Below are positions 1-8,812 of a stretch of DNA of 45,822 bases, piece after piece. How positions within the stretch are numbered: position 1 is the first letter of the stretch; each line of letters starts with the position of its first letter. This stretch comes from Candidatus Hermodarchaeum yapensis. Lineage in GTDB: Archaea; Asgardarchaeota; Hermodarchaeia; Hermodarchaeales; Hermodarchaeaceae. The notes under the pieces are model-generated. The model ran no database searches, was not told the DNA's origin, and saw nothing but the letters and a program-made list of their open reading frames with translations. Made by a program: the position numbers and the translations under genes. The stretch spans positions 1-45,822 of the forward strand of contig JAEOSK010000022.1 of the NCBI GenBank assembly GCA_016840405.1, in the 5' to 3' direction.

Positions 1-453
1 TGGTGTAGGGTTTTCGCCCTATCTAACTGCATACATCTGTGAAGTACCGTAACGGTGAGAAGCAGACCAACGCAGGAGTGGCCTACCGTATAAGGTGGGT
101 ACCGCTGGGCCCTGGATCCACTGAAAAGGCGCGCGGGAAGGAGCCCCCGTGATCGTACCCAGAACCGACACAGGTGCCCCTAGCTGAGTAGGCTCAGGCG
201 TTTCGGGTTACAGCAGGCGAGGGAACTCGGCAAATTAGCCCCGTACCCTTGGAAGATGGGGTGCCTTAGGTCTTCTGCTCGCAGGGGACCAGAGGTCGCA
301 GTGACAAGGGGGGCCCATCTGTTCAATACAAACATAGCCGACTGCAAGGGCGAAAGCCTGTGTACAGTCGGTGAATCCTGTCCAGTGACTGTATGTTAAG
401 GCTCAGTTCAATGGGCTCAAGCACAGTTAAACGACGGGAGTAACTATGACTCT

Positions 454-1149
454 TAGCTAAACACCAAATGGGAGTCGTAAAATCCGGCTATATGCTGGAA
501 CGCTCGATCCTTTCGCTCCTGAGTAAGGGACAATGCGGAAGGAAATGAGAGTAATCAGCAGGAAACCGAAAACAGGTGAGTTACATGCGAAGACAGAAAA
601 TATACTCGTATCTGCTCGGTATCATCGATGCCGAAGGATGTTTCAGTGTTTCAATCAAGAAGCAAGACACTGCACGATTCGGATGGGTCATAGACCCAGT
701 CTTCCATGTCACACAACATCATTCCGCGCGAGATGTCCTCGAAGATCTCAAGTCTGCCTTCAATGCTGGACGGATTATCCCCAAACCCGGGCAGGAAAAC
801 CTGCTCATCTTCATTGTGGATAACCGCCGTCAACTTGTAGAGAAGGTAATTCCATTCTTCACCCGGTATCCACTCCGGATAAAGAAGAACGATTTTGAAA
901 TCTTCAAAGAAATCGTTGAAGCGCTGGAACGAAAAGAGCATGGCACGGAAGACGGGTTCAAACGACTCGTCAAGAAAGCCAGAAGTTTCAAACGCGCTCG
1001 TAAAGGGCGCTACAAATATTCCCTCGAAGATATTCTAGGAACCGAAGAATAATTTCGGGATTCCTCAGAGACTATACGCCGGACACACCACTCAAACCCA
1101 TAGTATGGAGAGTAGTGTGAAGATATAGTCCGGCCACACAATGTGGTTG
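454..1149 (+). ncRNA. Group I self-splicing intron at the E. coli 23S L1923 equivalent, with an ORF in P6
   Basis: Removal restores GTAACTATGACTCT|CTTAAGGTAGCC. The 5' exon ends in U453, paired to G471 in P1 (GACTCT 448-453 / GGAGTC 471-476). P3 TCCGGC 483-488 / GCCGGA 1078-1083; P4 TGCTGG 493-498 / TCAGCA 555-560; P7 GACTA 1070-1074 / TAGTC 1126-1130; R TCAGAGACTATAC; S AAGATATAGTCC; P9 1134-1146; terminal omega-G at 1149. Confidence 0.95.
585..1052 (+). CDS. Single-motif LAGLIDADG homing endonuclease, I-CeuI-like
   Basis: YLLGIIDAEGCFSVSI motif. FGWVIDPVFHVTQH...GRI...IVDNRRQLVEKVIPFF resembles I-CeuI, which occupies the same L1923 site. AGGTGA RBS at 574-579 favours ATG 585 over GTG 576. 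Confidence 0.93.
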   Translation: MRRQKIYSYLLGIIDAEGCFSVSIKKQDTARFGWVIDPVFHVTQHHSARDVLEDLKSAFNAGRIIPKPGQENLLIFIVDNRRQLVEKVIPFFTRYPLRIKKNDFEIFKEIVEALERKEHGTEDGFKRLVKKARSFKRARKGRYKYSLEDILGTEE

Positions 1150-1672
1150 CTTAAGGTAGCCAAATGCCTTGTCGGATAAGTACCGACGCGCATGAATGGA
1201 TCAATGAGGTCCCTACTGTCCCCGCCTGCTACCCGGTGAACCCACCTCCTGGCGAACAGTCCAGGGACACCCAAAGGGAAGAGAAGACCCTGTGGAGTTT
1301 TACTGCAGCCTGTTGCTGGGTTACGGGCATTGATGCAGAGCGTAGCTGGGAGACGTCGAAGCCACCCTTGCGGGGGTGGTGGAGTCGCCAATGGAACACC
1401 AGCCTTTAATGTTTGCAGCTCTTAATGCACCAAACGGCGCATGACACCAGCAGGTGGGCAGTTTGGCTGGGGCGGCACGCCCACGAAAAGATATCATGGG
1501 CGCCCAAAGGTCAGCTCAACGCGGACAGAAACCGCGTGTAGCGCGCAAGGGTAAAAGCTGGCTTAACAGTGCCCCGAAAAGCAAAGGGCGCTGGTGCGAA
1601 AGCAGGGCCTAGCGAACGATCAAACCCTACCGATGAGGGTTGGTCACGTCAGAAAAATTACCCCAGGGGTAA

Positions 1673-1817
1673 TCTCAGGCCGGACGAGAACGGCGAGTCA
1701 CACACTTCTCAAACACCACTACGTGCTCTTTGGAAGCGGAGCCTGGGGTAACCGCAACCAAGAGCATCACATCACGATTACAAAACTCGCCAAGTAACAC
1801 CGACCTGGGACCCTAAA
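1673..1817 (+). ncRNA. ORF-less 145-nt rRNA intron, bulge-helix-bulge-like, in the peptidyl-transferase loop (U2449-C2452 equivalent); boundaries ambiguous by 2 nt
   Basis: Removal restores CCCCAGGGGTAA|CAGAGTCGTCGC. Terminal stem TCTCAGG/CCTGGGA; exon-intron 4-bp helix GGGT/ACCC or AGGG/CCCT flanked by A-rich bulges; internal stems GGCGAGT/ACTCGCC, TGCTCTTTGG/CCAAGAGCA and GCGG/CCGC. No group I core and no terminal G. Confidence 0.85.
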
Positions 1818-1931
1818 CAGAGTCGTCGCGGGCAAGAGTCCATATCGACCCCGCGGCTTGCTTCCTCGATGTCGGCTCTTCCTATCCTGGGGGTGCATTA
1901 GCTCCCAAGGGTAAGGCTGTACGCCTGTTAA

Positions 1932-1974
<43 letters not shown>

Positions 1975-2100
1975 ATTCTCTCTTTTGGGTGCGTTGGGTG
2001 ATTGAGGGTCAGGTCCGCTCGGTACGAGAGGAACGGCGGATCGCAGCCACTGGTGTACCGGTTGTCTGATAAGGCATCGCCGGGCAGCTACGCTGTGCCC

Positions 2101-2131
<31 letters not shown>

Positions 2132-2154
2132 GGGTCCCGAGACGAATCACCCAC

Positions 2155-2215
2155 TCCATAATCATTGGGTGCATAGCCCACGGCGGGCTTGGCGACTTGA
2201 ACGCCGGATTGTGGA
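2155..2215 (+). other. Enlarged helix 98 / ES39 expansion segment of 23S rRNA
   Basis: 61 nt between AATCACCCAC and CGAAGGCTCCGG, closed by TCCATAATC/GATTGTGGA, with internal hairpins (AGCCC/GGGCT or TGGGT/GCCCA; GGCG/CGCC). Confidence 0.75.
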
Positions 2216-2634
2216 CGAAGGCTCCGGTAAAAGACCGGTTTGAACGAGCGGCCGTGTACGCATCGAGCCACGGCGAGATGTTGAGCGGGCCGCCACGTAC
2301 CGCCTAAGTGTGTTGCTTTCGAAAGGAGCTATAAGCTCTGATTCTGGAGTGATATTTTCTCAGGGTATGCGACCACCACTTTCTTTTTCAGATAATGTAT
2401 GTTGGTTGGAGTTAATCATTTAAACATGAATTGGAGCATTCTAAAACAATGGACAATTCCATAAGATTTTAGAAAAAACCTGTTTTTATCTTCTTAATAG
2501 CAATACAAACAGTACATGAATTATTAAATTAGTCATTTGTTTGTTTAATTCCTCTAAGGAATGGCTTATATATCTCAAAGGGCAAAAGACCCTACACGAC
2601 TGCATTTTAGAAAATGCAGCGTCGAGGGAAAAAA

Positions 2635-4296
2635 ATGAAAAGATACCAAATCGTTGCAATAGTGATCATCGTAGCTATCGTCATTGGTTCTGTTGGCATC
2701 TACATGCTCTTTCTACCTCCTCCGGCACCCAATGTTATCATCATGGGTACAACGGACTCAGTGGAATCTAGTCTTGACATCGCTCAATCCTATGACTACT
2801 TCGGTTGGAACACCATTAACTCACTTAGCGAAGGACTGGTGGGCATTGATCCCGGTTCTGAGGCAGGGCCCGATGATATCATACCGGGACTCGCAGAATC
2901 TTGGGCGTCAAGTGCTGGTGGAACCATATGGGACTTCGTTCTCCGGCAAGGAGTTACTTTCGACGGAACAAGACCTTTCAATGCTTCAGTCGTGAAATAC
3001 ACCTTCGATAGGAACTGTAACCTTACAGGCGTTGGCCTCGCTGAACCCGACGGACCGCAACTCAACATGGGTTACGCCGACATTATCGATAACGTAACCA
3101 TAATTGATGAATACAATGTCCGATTCTATCTCCGCATTCCGTTTGCACCATTCCTGCAACTCATGGCATGCACAGCCTCATTCATGATTGATCCCGTAAA
3201 AGCGCCCATGGATGAACTAGTGCCCTACGCCGAAGGTGACCCAGAAAATAGTCATCCTGGTGCCCTTGGTCCCTTTATTCTCGAATCATGGACACGCGTT
3301 GGTGGGTCAGATGAAGAAATGCGCTTAGTTGCGAATCCCCATTATTGGGATGCGGCTAGTGGCATACCGAAAACTCCAACCATCATCCTCAGATTCTATG
3401 CATCCGACTCTGCGCTAGCCTTAGCAATGACCTCGGGTGAAATTGATATCGCCTACCGACAACTCACAGCTCAACAAATCAATACTTTCAGAACGAATCC
3501 CGATGTTCGAGTCTGGGAAGGCATAGGTGCGCAAATCCAATACCTGTGTTTCCAGCAAAACATCTATCCATACAATGAGACTCCAATTCGACAAGCAATT
3601 ACTGCCGCCTTAAATCGATCTCATGTCTGCGAGACCGTCTTCCTTGGTGATTTCGATCCGTTGTACAGTATGGTTCCCGCAGGGATGGCCTACCATAAAC
3701 CATCCTTCGAGCAATGGGGCGACGCTAACTATACAGCCACAGTAGATCTCCTAGATCCCTACGGCTATAACGCAACCCACCCACTTGTTGTCGAATTATA
3801 CTATGAGAACTCTGGACACTATCCACAAAGCGCAGAGCAAGCCGCTGTATACAAGAGTGATCTCGAAGCTAGCGGCGTCATTACTGTGAACCTCCATGGA
3901 CTGGAATGGGCTACGTATCGTACCCAAAGAAACGCGGGGACAATGCCCGTATTCATTTACGGTTGGTACCCTGACTACATTGACCCTGACAACTACCTGT
4001 TCCTCCCATTTGCATCCTGGCTTAATCTAGGATACAATGAAACCTATCCAGCAGGTGGAGTTGCACAATACAACCTCTGGGTTGATGGTCGTAGCGCCAC
4101 CACCTCATCTGCTCGAGAGACCGCCTATCATGACCTGCAAGACTTGCAAGCCGATGAGTGTTCCGTCATTCCACTTTGGCAGAGCGGAACCATTGCTGTC
4201 ACCAAACTCACCATTCACGGAGTTATCTTAGATATCTCCGTATTGTGGCGACACTGGCTACTGTACATAGGACCCCCCGCAACAACTGGACCATGA
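2635..4296 (+). CDS. dppA: ABC transporter substrate-binding protein, family 5 (peptide/nickel), N-terminal membrane anchor
   Basis: N-terminal TM helix; PGLAESW...WDFVLRQGVTF, GPFILESW and GWYPDYIDPDNYL motifs; first gene of the operon. Confidence 0.9.
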   Translation: MKRYQIVAIVIIVAIVIGSVGIYMLFLPPPAPNVIIMGTTDSVESSLDIAQSYDYFGWNTINSLSEGLVGIDPGSEAGPDDIIPGLAESWASSAGGTIWDFVLRQGVTFDGTRPFNASVVKYTFDRNCNLTGVGLAEPDGPQLNMGYADIIDNVTIIDEYNVRFYLRIPFAPFLQLMACTASFMIDPVKAPMDELVPYAEGDPENSHPGALGPFILESWTRVGGSDEEMRLVANPHYWDAASGIPKTPTIILRFYASDSALALAMTSGEIDIAYRQLTAQQINTFRTNPDVRVWEGIGAQIQYLCFQQNIYPYNETPIRQAITAALNRSHVCETVFLGDFDPLYSMVPAGMAYHKPSFEQWGDANYTATVDLLDPYGYNATHPLVVELYYENSGHYPQSAEQAAVYKSDLEASGVITVNLHGLEWATYRTQRNAGTMPVFIYGWYPDYIDPDNYLFLPFASWLNLGYNETYPAGGVAQYNLWVDGRSATTSSARETAYHDLQDLQADECSVIPLWQSGTIAVTKLTIHGVILDISVLWRHWLLYIGPPATTGP

Positions 4297-4312
4297 AAGA
4301 ACTCATAAGTAT

Positions 4313-4381
4313 GTGCTATCAGTTCCGATAACATCATGGACTCCAAATGGATTCCCCGATGAAGATTGGTGCTGGTAGCAC
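4313..4381 (+). promoter_or_regulatory. Long intercistronic stem-loop after the binding-protein gene (mRNA stabiliser or partial terminator)
   Basis: Nested pairings GTGCTATCAG/CTGGTAGCAC, CCGAT/ATTGG, CATC/GATG and TCCA/TGGA, followed by a T-rich tract. Confidence 0.6.
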
Positions 4382-4418
4382 TAGATTTTTATTTTTCAAA
4401 GAAGATGGTGCATAAAGT

Positions 4419-5429
4419 ATGTCGCTAAAATCCTATGTTACCAGTAGAGTTCTGCTCACAATACCCATGGTTTTCCTACTACTAACACTAGTTTTCGTCA
4501 TTATTCGTGTTATGCCTGGTGATCCAGCGCTTCTACATTTTGAGCGGCATGTAAGTCCTGAAGTACTCGCTGAATTTCGTCGAAGATTAGGCTTAGATTT
4601 ACCTATTTGGCAGCAATACATAAACTACATAGCAGGGCTCTTTCGGGGAGATTTTGGGATTTCAATGCAAGATTATAGTCCCATTATTCAACATCTTCAT
4701 GCTAGATTTCCTGCCACACTAGAACTGTCTATCTACTCGGGCTTATTTGCAGTTGTGTTTGGAGTAATTTTAGGTGTTATCTCAGCAAGGAAATATGACA
4801 CTACTACAGACCATTCAATTCGTCTTTTAGCCATTGTCACCTATGCAATTCCTGTATTTTTCTTAGGTATGATATTCCAGATAATTTTCTCAGTATGGCT
4901 AAGAATCCTTCCAAGTGGACTTAGATTTGATCCCCACTATACGCCTCCACCAACAATAACTGGTCTGTATACCATTGATAGCCTTCTCACAGGCAATATA
5001 TGGGCTTTCGGCATTTCCATCCGTTATCTCCTACTCCCCTCCGTCACACTTGGAATAATTCTCCTTGGTATTTTCATACGATTAACACGCACAAATATGC
5101 TCGAGACCCAACAAAGTGATTTTGTAATGTCAGCCAAAGCACGAGGACTTTCCAGCTTCAGTATAACCTATCGCTACTCCCTGAAGAATGCCTTTCTACC
5201 AATTCTAACTATGATTGGAATTCAAGTTGCCATACTCTTAGCAGGCGCTGTGCTAACAGAAACGACATTCAGCTGGCCAGGGCTAGGAACCTACCTCGTC
5301 GACCGAATCTACCATCGCGATTACACTGCAATCCAAGGCACTGTGGTGTTCTTCGCCATAATGGTTGCTGTCGTAACACTTGCTGTAGACATCTTATATG
5401 CCTACTTTGACCCACGAATTAGACTGTGA
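4419..5429 (+). CDS. dppB: Peptide ABC transporter permease
   Basis: MPGDPA, LGLDLPIWQQY, FPATLEL, EAA-like SAKARGLS, ETTFSWPGLG, DILYAYFDPRIR. Confidence 0.93.
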   Translation: MSLKSYVTSRVLLTIPMVFLLLTLVFVIIRVMPGDPALLHFERHVSPEVLAEFRRRLGLDLPIWQQYINYIAGLFRGDFGISMQDYSPIIQHLHARFPATLELSIYSGLFAVVFGVILGVISARKYDTTTDHSIRLLAIVTYAIPVFFLGMIFQIIFSVWLRILPSGLRFDPHYTPPPTITGLYTIDSLLTGNIWAFGISIRYLLLPSVTLGIILLGIFIRLTRTNMLETQQSDFVMSAKARGLSSFSITYRYSLKNAFLPILTMIGIQVAILLAGAVLTETTFSWPGLGTYLVDRIYHRDYTAIQGTVVFFAIMVAVVTLAVDILYAYFDPRIRL

Positions 5430-5430
5430 G

Positions 5431-6714
5431 TTGAAATTAGTTTTGACACAAACAAAATCGATCAAAGGCATCTTTCTCCAGTTGGCACCGATTCGGGGAA
5501 CTTTTGAGGGGCAATCTAAACGATGGTGGATAATTTTTATTGTTATTATTGGCGGCTCTCTATCACTAGTCGTTAGCCTCATTTTGTTGGCAATTAATTC
5601 AAATAGTGGTCTAGGTGTTCACGTAGTCACAGCAAACATAATCATTGGTCTTATTATCCTATACAGCGACATTGTGCGTAAACGCGTTGTGAAATATAAA
5701 CTCCTTTCACAACGACTTAGTATTTTGCTCATTGCAGGCATTTCAGGAGTTATCGCAATAATCACAATGGGCTTAAGCATCTTTTTTATTCCCGCAGCAT
5801 GGATCGAATTCTTTGGAGCTGTGTTTTTTGGTGGTTTTGTAGTGGGAATTATTTTGATATTTTTGTATGAAGGATTTCCCATTTTAAATGTGTACAAATC
5901 CTCGGGGTGGATAACCATTGCTGGTTTTTTGATCGTATCTGCAATTATCTACATGACAGTCGTCGCAGAATGGATCGTTCCTTATGACCCCTTCACCCTC
6001 AATGTAGGACCACTATTGGGACCACCTACACCCCAATTTCCACTCGGTACAACATCCCTTGGTCAAGATTTACTTAGTCGAACGATAGCGGGAGGGGCCA
6101 TTATGCTACAAGTCGCATTCGTATCCGTTATCATATGCTTCTCCATTGGGGTACCTCTAGGACTTTTTGCATCATATCGGGGTGGAATAATTGATAACAC
6201 CGTGTCGCTTATCATGAATGCCATTTTTGCATTCCCCGGTCTAATCTTAGCTATCGCAATTGCGGCCATTCTAGGACCAGGCGTAGTAAACATGGCTCTG
6301 GCTATTGCCGTAGTTTATATCCCCTCATACTTCAGAGTGGTGCGCAGCCGGGTTATAACAGTCAAAGAACTTCCTTACGTCGAAGCATCAGTTGCCCTAG
6401 GAGGAAGTGAAGGAGCAATCGTGTCTAGATACATTCTTCCAAACGTCATCCCCTCTGCCATTGTTGTCATGTCAATCAATTTCGCAGATGCAATACTTGT
6501 TGCAGCTGGATTGACCTTCGTTGGTTTGGGGCTTCCGATTGATGTCCCAGACTGGGGTTGGGATCTTACCTTTGGATCGCATCAATTAATTACAGGCGCT
6601 TGGTGGGTCATCACCTTCCCCGGTCTAATGATTGTCATTCTCGCTCTAGGATTCGCCCTTATTGGAGAAGGGCTCAATGAGATTCTTACGCCAAAACTTG
6701 AAAAAGGAGTTTAA
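5431..6714 (+). CDS. dppC: Peptide ABC transporter permease with extra N-terminal TM segment (start uncertain)
   Basis: PLGTTSLGQDLLSR, PYVEASVALG, ILPNV, PDWG, WWVITFPGL, GEGLNEILTP. Confidence 0.88.
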   Translation: MKLVLTQTKSIKGIFLQLAPIRGTFEGQSKRWWIIFIVIIGGSLSLVVSLILLAINSNSGLGVHVVTANIIIGLIILYSDIVRKRVVKYKLLSQRLSILLIAGISGVIAIITMGLSIFFIPAAWIEFFGAVFFGGFVVGIILIFLYEGFPILNVYKSSGWITIAGFLIVSAIIYMTVVAEWIVPYDPFTLNVGPLLGPPTPQFPLGTTSLGQDLLSRTIAGGAIMLQVAFVSVIICFSIGVPLGLFASYRGGIIDNTVSLIMNAIFAFPGLILAIAIAAILGPGVVNMALAIAVVYIPSYFRVVRSRVITVKELPYVEASVALGGSEGAIVSRYILPNVIPSAIVVMSINFADAILVAAGLTFVGLGLPIDVPDWGWDLTFGSHQLITGAWWVITFPGLMIVILALGFALIGEGLNEILTPKLEKGV

Positions 6715-7737
6715 ATGACTAATCTACTTCAAATTGAAAATCTATCAGTGGAATACAAAACGCGACGAGGAATCGCACGAGCAGTTGATAATGTGTTCCT
6801 CAACCTAGAGGAAAATAAGACTCTCGGGCTCGCAGGTGAATCTGGGTGTGGAAAATCAACACTTGGCCTCTCCATCATGAGACTAGTACCTCACCCCGGT
6901 CGTATCAACGAAGGAAAGATCCTTTTCAATTTAGATGAATCTCTTATTTTTGAAGGCGGTTCAGTCGAAAAAGGGCAAATCGACTTAATGCAACTTGACG
7001 ACAACCAAATGAGAGCGATACGCGGACGAAAGCTAGCGTATATTTTCCAAGATCCTATGACCTCACTCAACCCGCTGATTAGAATTGGAGATCACTTCAC
7101 TGAGATAATTCAGGCACACGAAGAAGATGTAAAAAAGGATGAAGCCATAAACCGGGGCGAAGAAATTCTTGAAACCCTTGGAATACTTCCTGAGCGAATT
7201 ACAGATTATCCTCATCAATTCAGTGGAGGGATGCGGCAAAGAGTAATGATCGGGCTCGGAATTGCTCTCCGACCTCGGTTGCTAATTGCAGATGAACCAA
7301 CCACTGCCTTAGATGTTATTGTAGAGGCACAGATTCTTGATGAACTCGCTACTTTGAAGAAACAATTCAATCTGTCAATGTTATTAATCACCCATAATCT
7401 AGGAGTCCTTGCTCAAACGGCTGATGATATTGCCATAATGTACACTGGACGAGTAATGGAGATAGCTAAGACGGAGAGTCTTTTTGAAGATCCTAAACAT
7501 CCCTACACACAATGCCTCCTGAAAGCAGTACCTGATGTCCGGAAGCCTGACAAAACGCTTGCTTGGATTGCGGGGGCGCCCCCTGATCTTATTGATCCTA
7601 TACCTGGTTGCATGTTCAGACCCCGATGTGAATTTGCAATGGAAATTTGTGCAACTCAACCTCCACCACTCGAAAAGCTGGATACAGGGCAACGTGTAGC
7701 GTGCTATCTCTATACAAAGGGGGTTAGTAAGAAATGA
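6715..7737 (+). CDS. dppD: Peptide ABC transporter ATP-binding protein
   Basis: GESGCGKS, FQDPMTSLNP, YPHQFSGGMRQR, LIADEPTTALDV, C-terminal HPYT and Cys motif. Confidence 0.95.
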   Translation: MTNLLQIENLSVEYKTRRGIARAVDNVFLNLEENKTLGLAGESGCGKSTLGLSIMRLVPHPGRINEGKILFNLDESLIFEGGSVEKGQIDLMQLDDNQMRAIRGRKLAYIFQDPMTSLNPLIRIGDHFTEIIQAHEEDVKKDEAINRGEEILETLGILPERITDYPHQFSGGMRQRVMIGLGIALRPRLLIADEPTTALDVIVEAQILDELATLKKQFNLSMLLITHNLGVLAQTADDIAIMYTGRVMEIAKTESLFEDPKHPYTQCLLKAVPDVRKPDKTLAWIAGAPPDLIDPIPGCMFRPRCEFAMEICATQPPPLEKLDTGQRVACYLYTKGVSKK

Positions 7738-8711
7738 TTGAAGTCAAGAACCTCGTGAAGTATTTTCCAGTTCAAAAAGGCTTCATGGACGCCCTCTTTA
7801 CCCGAGAAAAAGACTTTGTCAAGGCGGTTGACGACGTATCCTTCAAAATTGAAAAAGGAGAAATTTTCGGGCTCGCTGGTGAAAGCGGATCTGGTAAAAC
7901 CACTGTTGGTAGGCTTTGCGTTCGCCTAACCCCCGCTACTTCAGGAGAAATTATCTTTGAGGGGCAAGATATCACAAAAATCAAAGGAAAACAACTTCGA
8001 TTATTGAAGCGCCGGCTTCAAATCACCTTTCAAGACCCCACCTCTTCATTAAATCCCCGAATGACAATTGGTAATGCTATCGCCGATGCACTTAGACTTC
8101 AGAATATCGGCACCAGAACAGAGCAAAGAAAGCAAACGGAAGACGCTCTAGAACGCGTCGGGCTCTCTCCGGCCAGCGCCTTTTATGACCGCTATCCGCA
8201 CCAACTTAGTGGTGGTCAACGTCAACGAGTGATCTTCGCACGGGCGTTCATTCTCAGACCCGCGTTCGTAGTCACCGATGAACCAGTTGCGATGGTAGAT
8301 GTATCCATTCGAGCACAAATCCTCAATCTAATGCGGGACCTTCAAAAGGAACTCGACCTCACCTACCTCTATATCACTCACGATCTAGCAACAGCCCGAC
8401 ACATCTGCGACCGCATTGGCATCATGTATCTTGGTAAATTCTTCGAGATAGCAGACAGCCGTGCCATTTACGAAAATGCCCTGCACCCTTACACTGTTGG
8501 CTTGATGAGCGCTATCCCCGTTCCGGACCCGAAAGCCGAAAAATCAGAGGCTATTCCTACGGGAGAAATTCCAAGTCCAATCAACCCTCCGCCTGGCTGT
8601 CGTTTTCATCCACGTTGTCCCCGTGCCTTTGAAAGATGTCCAAAAGAAGAACCAGAACTCCTTTTGGTAGAGAAAAACCACTGGGTCGCATGTCATCTAT
8701 ACTCAGACTAG
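7734..8711 (+). CDS. dppF: Peptide ABC transporter ATP-binding protein
   Basis: GESGSGKT, YPHQLSGGQRQR, GEIPSPINPPPGCRFHPRC; ATGA overlap with dppD. Confidence 0.95.
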   Translation: MIEVKNLVKYFPVQKGFMDALFTREKDFVKAVDDVSFKIEKGEIFGLAGESGSGKTTVGRLCVRLTPATSGEIIFEGQDITKIKGKQLRLLKRRLQITFQDPTSSLNPRMTIGNAIADALRLQNIGTRTEQRKQTEDALERVGLSPASAFYDRYPHQLSGGQRQRVIFARAFILRPAFVVTDEPVAMVDVSIRAQILNLMRDLQKELDLTYLYITHDLATARHICDRIGIMYLGKFFEIADSRAIYENALHPYTVGLMSAIPVPDPKAEKSEAIPTGEIPSPINPPPGCRFHPRCPRAFERCPKEEPELLLVEKNHWVACHLYSD

Positions 8712-8812
8712 ACCGGTTCAAGAAACCTAGAACATGTGACTAGCATTTCTTTCTTTTTCACCATAATATTTCATAGGGATTTATACGCAGAATAAGTAGT
8801 GAATACGGTCAG

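Noticed and set aside
533-1797. ORFs 533-823, 651-941, 1092-1391, 1164-1409, 1569-1751 and 1594-1797
   Set aside because: They overlap rRNA exons, intron structure or the endonuclease in other frames, and show no protein motifs.
1673-1817. Second insert as a group I intron at L2449
   Set aside because: No P4/P7 core, no terminal G, and too short.
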